Of a stretch of 30,257 nt of DNA, positions 21,286 to 28,168 are shown one piece after another. The stretch's first letter is position 1, and every line of letters begins with the position of its first letter. The notes beneath the pieces are model-generated. The model saw only the letters and a list, made by a program, of their open reading frames with translations. It was not told where the DNA came from and did no database searches. A program made the translations under genes and the position numbers. The stretch is from the IMG/VR virus record IMGVR_UViG_3300023284_002712, positions 1 through 30,257 of that record. The stretch is one strand, 5' to 3'. This stretch comes from a virus.

Positions 21286-21971
21286 AAGATGTTTTGTTGA
21301 GTGATGTAGTTTTTGACGAAAAGATTTATCCAAGAACACATCCATATTGGCAGACATCTTACGATTACGCCAACTCATTGAGATCTGGAGCAGTATTTCC
21401 ACCAATCGTTCTTGCACTACATAATGGAAAGTTAATCTTAGTAGATGGAAAACATAGAACAGATGCTTTCAAACAATGTAAGAGAAAAACAATTCCTGCA
21501 GAAGTTCACACAGACTGGGATGAGAACAAGATATTTGTTGAATCTATCAAAAGGAATATAGCACATGGAAAGGTGTTAAGTCCATTTGAAAAGAGAAAAT
21601 GTATATTGAAACTGAGAGAAATGAAATTGTCCAATGAGGACATTTCTGACCTTATACAGATTCCTCAAGAGAAGATTCAGCATTTTGTAGGACAAAGATT
21701 GATAAGCTCTACTACTGGAGATCTGATTAATTTTGAAATTGTTAAGAGTGGAATGAAACATCTCGCTGGAAAAGGATTTAGTGACATAGAAATTCAGAAT
21801 ATTTCAGAAATTCAGAGAGATATATCTACTGGAAATCAAGTCACTTTGTTAAAACAATTAGTTAATTTATTGGAAAATGATATGATAAATTTGGATCATA
21901 AAGTAATCCAACAAAATATTAATAAATTGTCAGAACTTATTGAACCATTAGTAATAAAGAAGGCGGAGTAA
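21270..21971 (+). CDS. ParB N-terminal (ParB/Srx) domain protein (233 aa)
   Basis: IYPRTHPY...PPIVLALHNGKLILVDGKHRTDAFKQ matches the ParB-N DGxHR core. Helical C-terminal half. Confidence 0.65.
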   Translation: MEGRIKDVLLSDVVFDEKIYPRTHPYWQTSYDYANSLRSGAVFPPIVLALHNGKLILVDGKHRTDAFKQCKRKTIPAEVHTDWDENKIFVESIKRNIAHGKVLSPFEKRKCILKLREMKLSNEDISDLIQIPQEKIQHFVGQRLISSTTGDLINFEIVKSGMKHLAGKGFSDIEIQNISEIQRDISTGNQVTLLKQLVNLLENDMINLDHKVIQQNINKLSELIEPLVIKKAE

Positions 21972-21983
21972 TCTGCCTTCTTT
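21959..21983 (+). terminator. 9-bp hairpin GAAGGCGGA-GTAA-TCTGCCTTC plus TTT, enclosing the ParB-like stop codon
   Basis: GNRA-type loop (GUAA), one G-U pair, followed by a T run. Confidence 0.45.
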
Positions 21984-22911
21984 CATATTCATAGGGTAAT
22001 GTTGGGAGCTGTGTGGTAGAGTTAGGTATGGTAATGTTGGGCAAGGAATCATAATTAATGTGGGGTCTGGTTGTGTGGGGTACTGTTGGGTATTGTATTG
22101 TAAGGCGAGGAATCATATTCGCTGTGTGGTGGAGTTCGGTAGGGTACTGCGGGGTAAGGTTCAATTTCATATTCGCTGTATTGTTTGGAACGGTTGGGAA
22201 AGGTTATGTCTTGTGCTGTTAGGCAAGGTAAGGAATCATATTCAATGTGCGGTTTGGTAGTGTAGTGTTGGGTGAGGTAATGTAAGGTTTCATATTCATA
22301 GGGTAATGTTGGGTGCTGTGTGGTAGAGTTAGGTATGGTAATGTTGGGTAAGGTTTCATATTCATCAGGTACTGTGAGGTAGAGTGGGGTTATGCGTGGT
22401 ATTGTAGTGTGCTGTGTGGTAAGGAATCATAATCATTGGGGTCTTGCGGGGCTTGGTATAGTGGGGTGCTGTGCGGTTTGGTAAGGTAAGGAATCATAAT
22501 CATTGTGGTTCTGTAAGGTCTGTTGCTGTGCTGTGTGGTGAAGTGTGGTAAAGTATTGTAAGGTAAGGTATCATAATCATCTTGTTTGATGATGCCCAAA
22601 CATTAGGGTTTGGCATGGTACTGTAAAGTGGGGTTGGGTTGAGTATTGTTAGGTAAGGCTAGGAATCATATTCATTGTAAGGCACTGCTAGGTCTTGTAA
22701 GGTACGGTTCTGTGCAGTAGGGTTAGGTTAGGTAAGGTATCATGTTCATTCGGCGAAGTGTTGCATGGTTGGGTTTGGTATTGTATGGTATTGCTTTGTC
22801 CTGCGAGGTAAGGAATCATAATCATACGGTCAAGTACTGTTGGGTGAGGTGAGGTATTGTAAGGCAAGGAAAATTAATTAAAAGATAAAACATTAACTAA
22901 ATCATAATCAA
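21983..22911. repeat. ~0.93-kb non-coding G/T-skewed array of ~14 degenerate iterons with core TCATAWTCAT (usually GGTAAGGWWTCATAWTCAT); candidate replication origin / centromere-like site
   Basis: Core starts: 21983, 22049, 22113, 22167, 22236, 22290, 22356, 22427, 22494, 22571, 22666, 22740, 22816, 22902, spaced 54-95 bp. C is rare on the + strand outside the cores. This is the only long non-coding stretch in the genome. Confidence 0.75.
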
Positions 22912-22930
22912 CTTTCACATTCTGCAATCT

Positions 22931-22946
22931 TCCTGCGAAAGCGGGA
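22931..22946 (+). other. Hairpin TCCTGC-GAAA-GCGGGA (GNRA tetraloop) in the leader of gene 22995
   Basis: 6-bp stem including one G-U pair. GC-rich island in AT-rich sequence. Confidence 0.3.
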
Positions 22947-22994
22947 CTTGAAAAAGTGCGGATACAATAGAGATGAAAGGAGGTGATAAAAAAG

Positions 22995-23351
22995 ATGAAC
23001 ATTGATAAAGAAACAATTCCAACATATCTAAATGTTGTCATGGAGGATTCTGCGTCCTTCATTGAGCAATTAAGAAAACAAGCAGATGAAGACGGACAAA
23101 ATGAATCTCTCGATGCTGATGAAAAAAAGAAGTTGTCTTTAACTCTTGATACAGGAGCATTTGATATGGAAGAATATTATTTTGATTCTTCAGATTCAGA
23201 AATTGTGTTTTCTGGAAATATAGTTTCTTCTGTAGGAAAAACATGGGTATCTTTCAATATTCCTTTAAGTGATATGGTTTTGATAGATATTTTAGAACAT
23301 TCTGTTAAAAGATTGAATAAACTTAAAACAGTTTTAGAAACTTTAAAATAA
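22995..23351 (+). CDS. Acidic hypothetical protein (118 aa)
   Basis: ATG 22995 preceded by AAAGGAGGTG. The track start at 22983 is a GTG within the SD. Confidence 0.55.
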   Translation: MNIDKETIPTYLNVVMEDSASFIEQLRKQADEDGQNESLDADEKKKLSLTLDTGAFDMEEYYFDSSDSEIVFSGNIVSSVGKTWVSFNIPLSDMVLIDILEHSVKRLNKLKTVLETLK

Positions 23352-23362
23352 ATTATTATTTT

Positions 23363-23384
23363 GCCCCAATGTTTGTGGGGCTTT
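23363..23384 (+). terminator. Hairpin GCCCCA-N7-TGGGGC followed by TTT
   Basis: 6-bp G/C stem 12 nt after the stop at 23351. Confidence 0.45.
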
Positions 23385-23387
23385 ATA

Positions 23388-23409
23388 TTCTAGGTTCTAG
23401 GGTTCTAGG
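23388..23409. repeat. Tandem TTCTAGG / TTCTAGGG / TTCTAGG
   Basis: Read directly; intergenic, between the terminator hairpin and the next gene. Confidence 0.8.
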
Positions 23410-23476
23410 TTTTTATACTTTGGTAGTAACAAATATTTAAATAGGAATTTAGTTACTTTAAGTATGGAGAAAGTGT

Positions 23477-23962
23477 ATGGAAAAAAATAAAATAAAAAAA
23501 TCTAAGGTACTATATTCTAAAATATTTTTTTCTATAACTATTATTTTATTATTGAGTTCAGGGGTTTTAGCTTTCTTTCTTTTCAACTATGATAAAGATG
23601 TTAATTACGAAGTAGTAGGATCTAAAGGAACTTTACTTGTTTTAGTTGATTTTACAGATCAAATATTTAATGTTAGTGAGAGTTTGAATCTTTCACAAAA
23701 TCTAACATTAGTTAATCAAAATGGGGCTACGACTATGCAATATTTAGAAAGTTTTAATGTAACAAATTTAGATCCTGGTAATTGTACAATTAATGGAGAT
23801 ATTACTTTTGAATTAACAAAGTCTGGCAGTGGAATAATTTCACATTTTGACAATTTCACAATGGATGCTGGGGTAAATGATTTTAGCTTCAAAGCTATGG
23901 CCATTAATAATAGAGTTTGCCCTCAGAATATTACAGCTTCTTTAATGTTTAATGAGATATAA
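23477..23962 (+). CDS. Membrane-anchored sequon-rich protein (161 aa)
   Basis: IFFSITIILLLSSGVLAFFLF, then N-x-S/T-rich beta-type sequence. Confidence 0.55.
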   Translation: MEKNKIKKSKVLYSKIFFSITIILLLSSGVLAFFLFNYDKDVNYEVVGSKGTLLVLVDFTDQIFNVSESLNLSQNLTLVNQNGATTMQYLESFNVTNLDPGNCTINGDITFELTKSGSGIISHFDNFTMDAGVNDFSFKAMAINNRVCPQNITASLMFNEI

Positions 23963-24018
23963 CGACTCTTAATTAGTGATAACTATTTTTTATATACTCT
24001 TTAGATTTAGTTTTGGTT

Positions 24019-24249
24019 ATGATTACGAGGATTAACCATGAGGAAGAATATAAACGAGCATTAATATTTTTAGAAAGAAAAACGAAAATTCATGTTAGTA
24101 GAATGAATGGTTTATTTCATAATGGAATTCTTTTAGAAGTAAGTAAGAATTTTTTTGTTATTAGAGATTATGTTTCTGGAAAAGAAGAATATATTTTATT
24201 TGAAGAACTAAAAGAATCGATTGAAAAATATAGGGAGGTTGAAGAATGA
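24019..24249 (+). CDS. Hypothetical small protein (76 aa)
   Basis: First ATG. The track start at 24013 is a TTG. Confidence 0.5.
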   Translation: MITRINHEEEYKRALIFLERKTKIHVSRMNGLFHNGILLEVSKNFFVIRDYVSGKEEYILFEELKESIEKYREVEE

Positions 24250-24368
24250 GCATCCACACAAAAAAATGTAAGAAGTGTGGGAAACATTATGACTTTCCGA
24301 CTTGTCCGTTCTGCCGAATTAAAAAGAAGGAGGAGGAAGATGGAAAAAACTTTGTTAGATATGACTGA
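24246..24368 (+). CDS. Zinc-ribbon miniprotein (40 aa); below the track cutoff
   Basis: ATGA overlap. MSIHTKKCKKCGKHYDFPTCPFCRIKKKEEEDGKNFVRYD. Confidence 0.4.
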   Translation: MSIHTKKCKKCGKHYDFPTCPFCRIKKKEEEDGKNFVRYD

Positions 24369-25617
24369 AAAAGAAAAGAAAGAGTGGAGAGAAAATAAAA
24401 ATAAAGAAGGTGAAGAACTCAAAGAACGAATAGATTATGAAGAAAATAAATATGATATAGATGAAGTGAAAATAAAACTTGTTGGATTCTATGAAGAAAT
24501 TATATTTGTTCTAAAGAAGTTTTGTGATATAAAAGAAGAGTATTATTCTTTAGTGGCTATGTGGATTATTGGGACTTATATTCACGATGAATTTGAAACT
24601 TTCCCTTACTTATTCTTTAATGCTATGAGGGGGAGTGGGAAGAGTAGAATGTTAAAATTAATTTCAGTATTAAGTCATAAAGGAGAATTATTGGGAAGTA
24701 TGAGTGAAGCAGCTTTATTTCGTACAGCTAAAGGAAGAACTTTATGTATTGATGAATTTGAAAAGGTTGGAAGTAATGAAAAACAAGGATTGAGGGAATT
24801 ACTTAATGCTGCATATAAAAAAGGTTCTTTAATTAAAAGGATGAAGAAAGTAAAAGAAGAATATGTTGAAGAAGTCTTTGAAGTTTACTCTTCAATCGCT
24901 ATGGCTAACATTTGGGGAATGGAAGAAGTGCTTTCAGATCGTTGTATCACAATCATAATTGAACGAAGTGGGAGGCCTGAAATTACAAAATTAATGGAAA
25001 ATTTTGAAAGAGATCCTCAAATTAAGAAAATAAAAGATGGATTATACGAACTTCAGTGTAGTTTGTGTAATGTAGTTACATCAAAAAACATAGAAAAGGA
25101 GTGGAATAACTACATTTTAGAGAAGTATACTACTACATTACATACTTATACTACACAAACTACACACAACATACATACTACACTAAATCAAGATTCTTTA
25201 GATTTATTTAATAAGATGGATGATGCTGGAATTGATGGAAGAAATTTAGAATTATCATTTCCAATTTTCACTATTGCATCTTTATTAAATTCTTTTGATT
25301 CAATTTTAGAAACCTTAAAAGAAATTATGACAGAAAAGAAATTAGAAGATGTTGTTGAAAGTAAAGATGTTCAAGTATTCGATTTTGTTTCTCAACAAGA
25401 ACCAATAAGTAATTTTGTTTCAATAACTAAAGTAACTAATCTTTTTAGAGATTTTATTGGTGTTGAAGCTAAAGAAGATGATTGGATTAATCCAAGATGG
25501 ATGGGAAGGGCTTTAAAGAGATTAGCATTAACTAAAGAAAAAGTTAGGAAGAGTAAAGGTATCGAAGTTATTCTTGATGTCTATAAAGCACAGGAGAAAA
25601 TAAAGATGTTCAAATGA
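24340..25617 (+). CDS. DUF3631-like P-loop NTPase; putative replication helicase/initiator (425 aa from ATG 24340)
   Basis: Walker A MRGSGKSR, Walker B TLCIDEFE. EAALFRTAKGRTLCIDEF...LLNAAYKKGSLIKR...SDRCITIIIERS matches the layout I recall for DUF3631 in primase-associated proteins of mobile elements. AGGAGGAGG lies before ATG 24340; the track start at 24277 is a GTG. Confidence 0.55.
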   Translation: MEKTLLDMTEKEKKEWRENKNKEGEELKERIDYEENKYDIDEVKIKLVGFYEEIIFVLKKFCDIKEEYYSLVAMWIIGTYIHDEFETFPYLFFNAMRGSGKSRMLKLISVLSHKGELLGSMSEAALFRTAKGRTLCIDEFEKVGSNEKQGLRELLNAAYKKGSLIKRMKKVKEEYVEEVFEVYSSIAMANIWGMEEVLSDRCITIIIERSGRPEITKLMENFERDPQIKKIKDGLYELQCSLCNVVTSKNIEKEWNNYILEKYTTTLHTYTTQTTHNIHTTLNQDSLDLFNKMDDAGIDGRNLELSFPIFTIASLLNSFDSILETLKEIMTEKKLEDVVESKDVQVFDFVSQQEPISNFVSITKVTNLFRDFIGVEAKEDDWINPRWMGRALKRLALTKEKVRKSKGIEVILDVYKAQEKIKMFK

Positions 25618-25829
25618 AACCAAAACCAAAAATAATATCAATTAAATGCCCTAATTGTCAAAAAAGGTACATGATTCTAAAAACTAAAAGAATTGTTGGG
25701 GCTAGGAATATGTTTATTGAAAAAGAATGGGTTTGCCCCGTTTGCCCCGTTTGGGTGTGGTCTGATCATTGGTTTGATGAATTCTCTCAATTTGAACACT
25801 TAATTAAACGAGAAGGTGATTATCCATGA
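25614..25829 (+). CDS. Zinc-ribbon protein (71 aa)
   Basis: CPNCQKRY...CPVCPVW. ATGA overlap. Contains the 9-bp tandem tttgccccg x2. Confidence 0.55.
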   Translation: MKPKPKIISIKCPNCQKRYMILKTKRIVGARNMFIEKEWVCPVCPVWVWSDHWFDEFSQFEHLIKREGDYP

Positions 25830-25875
25830 TAAAATCAAAATTGTCGAAATTTAAACACTTAAAACCCTAAAAACA

Positions 25876-26103
25876 ATGAGTCAACAATCAGTCTACAACC
25901 TATTGAAAAAGAAAGATAAATGGATGACTGCAAAGGAAATATCTAATGTCTTAAAAATAAGCCCTGGAAGTGTTACAAGTGCATTGAATAGATTATTGAA
26001 ACATAAAGAAATATTGAAAAGAGATACTATTCAATCAAAATCAAATGGTTTTGGATTTACTCCATTTCAATGGAGAATTGGACTAATACCAAAAGATATA
26101 TAA
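25876..26103 (+). CDS. Winged-helix DNA-binding protein (75 aa)
   Basis: WMTAKEISNVLKISPGSVTSALNRLLKHKEILKRD. Confidence 0.6.
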   Translation: MSQQSVYNLLKKKDKWMTAKEISNVLKISPGSVTSALNRLLKHKEILKRDTIQSKSNGFGFTPFQWRIGLIPKDI

Positions 26104-26125
26104 ATACTAAAATATTAAAATACAT

Positions 26126-26404
26126 ATGAAACAGATTTATAAAAAACCAGTTAGAGATAAGAAATCAGAGAAACTTGCTTTTTTACAGAAGTATGCTATG
26201 GGAAGTTGGTTAAAAGCAAGACAAGAAGCAGATGAGGAAGTTTCAAATGAACTTTCTATGTTTTGTGTTTGTGGAAGTCTTTGTACAGGATTACATGAAA
26301 GTTATTGTCAAAGATTTAAGGATAAAGTGAATACAAGAGCAATAAATAAATTAAAACATTTATGGAAAGAGAATAAGGTTGTTTTTCCAAAGTTTCTAAA
26401 ATGA
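26126..26404 (+). CDS. Cys/His-containing small protein (92 aa)
   Basis: CVCGSLCTGLHESYC. Confidence 0.5.
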   Translation: MKQIYKKPVRDKKSEKLAFLQKYAMGSWLKARQEADEEVSNELSMFCVCGSLCTGLHESYCQRFKDKVNTRAINKLKHLWKENKVVFPKFLK

Positions 26405-27027
26405 CATCCAAATGTAAAAATTGCGGACGAATAGAAGAAGAACACTCTAAAACAAAATCATGCTATATGCTTTATGGAACTGATTTACAAAGTGTTCTAC
26501 CTCAGTTGAAGTTCGTTCCGATTGAAGATTATTTTTTAGGAAAACCTAAAGGAATTTATTGTGGAATATGTAAAGAGAAATGGGAAAATTGTAAAGGTCA
26601 TGTTATAGAGAAAAAAGGTTGCGGTAAATTGTATGGACATCATCTTGAAGAAAATAAAGTTTATTCTACTTGTGGAGCAACCGAAGACCATTTATGTCCC
26701 TCATGTTCACATCAAAGTCCCCAAACAAAACCTACTGGTCAGAAATCAGGGATTAATGTCGATGGAGGTTCACAAAATCGGCATTCAAAGGTCAAAACTG
26801 GGGACACTCAAACTCTCAGTGATAAAAGACTTTTTGTTCATGCAAAAACATTAAAAGATGGAAAGAGAGGAATAACTTGGGGTGGTTGGGTTCTTCCAGA
26901 TTATCATGTCAAAAACTTCATCGCTCAGGAAACTAAGGTTATTCAAGATTATAAATTAGGGATAATTAGTTTTGAATTGATGATGAGAATTAGAGAAAAA
27001 CTCGCAGGATCAAAACTTATAAAATGA
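26401..27027 (+). CDS. Multi-zinc-finger protein (208 aa)
   Basis: CKNCGRIEEEH, CGICKEKWENCKGH, CPSCSH. ATGA overlap. Confidence 0.55.
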   Translation: MTSKCKNCGRIEEEHSKTKSCYMLYGTDLQSVLPQLKFVPIEDYFLGKPKGIYCGICKEKWENCKGHVIEKKGCGKLYGHHLEENKVYSTCGATEDHLCPSCSHQSPQTKPTGQKSGINVDGGSQNRHSKVKTGDTQTLSDKRLFVHAKTLKDGKRGITWGGWVLPDYHVKNFIAQETKVIQDYKLGIISFELMMRIREKLAGSKLIK

Positions 27028-27188
27028 TGAAAACAATAACCGTTGATGAAAAGATCTGGAATAAATTAACTAAATTAAAATATAAATTTGGTTGTGAAAC
27101 AATTGGAGAAGTAATTGAAAGACTTCTTAATATTTTAACTAAATTTAAAATGTATGAAGAACTTAAAAATGTGGGAAAGAAAAAATGA
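27024..27188 (+). CDS. Ribbon-helix-helix (CopG/Arc-like) protein (54 aa); below the track cutoff
   Basis: MMKTITVDEKIWNKLTKLKYKFGCETIGEVIERLLNIL. ATGA overlaps at both ends. Confidence 0.5.
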   Translation: MMKTITVDEKIWNKLTKLKYKFGCETIGEVIERLLNILTKFKMYEELKNVGKKK

Positions 27189-27445
27189 AAACTGAACATT
27201 ATAAAATCCTAACTTTAATTTTTTCAATATTATTTTTAATATCTTTATTCTTTAATATCATTCCAAATAATGAGCAAGAAAAATATAATAATTTATGTAA
27301 AGGGAATGGTTTAGATTATGCAAAAGTGGATTTAACTTTCGCACAATTCAAATGCTGTAAAGTATTTGATGTATCAGATCCTATATTAAATATTACTAGC
27401 GAAGTTGAAGGATGTACAAGTTCTTTTGACTTCATAGATGATTAA
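27185..27445 (+). CDS. Secreted/membrane Cys-containing protein (86 aa)
   Basis: ILTLIFSILFLISLFFNII. Four Cys. Confidence 0.5.
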   Translation: MKTEHYKILTLIFSILFLISLFFNIIPNNEQEKYNNLCKGNGLDYAKVDLTFAQFKCCKVFDVSDPILNITSEVEGCTSSFDFIDD

Positions 27446-27469
27446 AACTTATAGAATCAAAAGGAGGTA
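27443..27469 (+). repeat. Copy B of 27-bp exact repeat TAAAACTTATAGAATCAAAAGGAGGTA (ribosome-binding region of gene 27480)
   Basis: Identical to 20707-20733. Ends 11 nt before ATG 27480. Confidence 0.85.
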
Positions 27470-27479
27470 AAAAATATCA

Positions 27480-27854
27480 ATGGAAAATAACAAATCGTTA
27501 GAATCTTGGGATGCTTTTAGTGGAAATTATCTTAAAGCCGATGAAGTTAAATCGGAAAAAGATGCTTATGTTTGTACAGGAGTTGAAGTTTCAGGAGAAG
27601 GGATAGAAGTCCAACCTGTTTTAACTTTAGAAAGAAATGAATTACAAAAACTATTCACTTTGAATAAGACAAATATAAAGTTTTTGAAAGCTGCAGAAGT
27701 AGATTCCCCAAGAGATTTAATTGGACAAAAGCTTTATTTCAAAAAGGTTAAAGTTAATAATCCAAAGACTGGCGAAGAAGTGGATGGATTAAGAATTACG
27801 AAGATTGAAAATTTTGAAGCAGACTTAAATCCAGGATCTCTTACAGACCTTTAA
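27480..27854 (+). CDS. Hypothetical protein (124 aa); possible OB-fold/ssDNA-binding type (speculative)
   Basis: Beta-rich pattern with no motif I can name. Shares its 27-bp leader with gene 20743. Confidence 0.5.
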   Translation: MENNKSLESWDAFSGNYLKADEVKSEKDAYVCTGVEVSGEGIEVQPVLTLERNELQKLFTLNKTNIKFLKAAEVDSPRDLIGQKLYFKKVKVNNPKTGEEVDGLRITKIENFEADLNPGSLTDL

Positions 27855-27868
27855 ACAATTTATTATTT

Positions 27869-27890
27869 GGCCTCATTAATTTAAGAGGCC
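27869..27890 (+). terminator. Hairpin GGCCTC-N10-GAGGCC after gene 27480-27854
   Basis: 6-bp G/C stem 15 nt after the stop. A T7 run follows at about 27950. Confidence 0.4.
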
Positions 27891-27903
27891 TTCACAATCA
27901 CAT

Positions 27904-27983
27904 TCACTCACAGGATTGCCTATCTAGTTAGGAATTCAAAAAACACCTCTTTTTTTCGGTCTTGTGAGTGACCCCTTCGGGGG
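27904..27983 (+). ncRNA. Candidate structured RNA / leader: 9-bp closing stem (TCACTCACA / TGTGAGTGA) enclosing small hairpins, followed by CCCC-TTCG-GGGG tetraloop hairpin
   Basis: Arms at 27904-27912 and 27963-27971. Internal CCTA-N6-TAGG and A6-CACCTC-T7. UUCG hairpin at 27972-27983. 140-bp intergenic gap in an otherwise gapless operon. Confidence 0.3.
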
Positions 27984-27994
27984 AAAGAAACAAA

Positions 27995-28168
27995 ATGGAA
28001 GAAACAATCACAGAAAGATTACAGAAATTTGAAAAATATATTCGGAGAACAAAGTTCCACTATTATCCTTCAAAGAGTCTTATGATCTCCAAGTTCCATT
28101 TAATATTTGAGGAAGAAATGAAAGATACTGAAACAGGAAAAAAATGGAGGAAGAAATTAGAAAAATGA
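27995..28168 (+). CDS. Hypothetical protein (57 aa)
   Basis: First ATG (MEETITERLQKF...). The track start at 27968 is a GTG inside the hairpin region. Confidence 0.45.
   Translation: MEETITERLQKFEKYIRRTKFHYYPSKSLMISKFHLIFEEEMKDTETGKKWRKKLEK

Noticed and set aside
22060-22092. G-quadruplex potential in the array (GGGG...GGGG...GGG)
   Set aside because: I could find only three closely spaced G-runs, and the fourth is more than 20 nt away. This is not a canonical G4 motif.
21937-22599. Track ORFs inside the array (21937-22170 minus, 22060-22260 plus, 22390-22599 minus)
   Set aside because: They translate to low-complexity repetitive peptides and break frame between units. They exist only because a strand depleted in one or two bases rarely forms stop codons.
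21972-22912. Possible CRISPR array (short conserved cores separated by ~45-80-bp segments)
   Set aside because: Spacing is irregular (54-95 bp). The inter-core segments all share the same G/T-only composition, and one is duplicated nearly exactly. Cores are degenerate and there are no cas genes. This is iteron-like, not repeat-spacer architecture.
26633-26854. Alternative-frame ORF inside the 208-aa zinc-finger gene
   Set aside because: It is fully nested with no independent start signals, and the host frame has clear Cys/His motifs.
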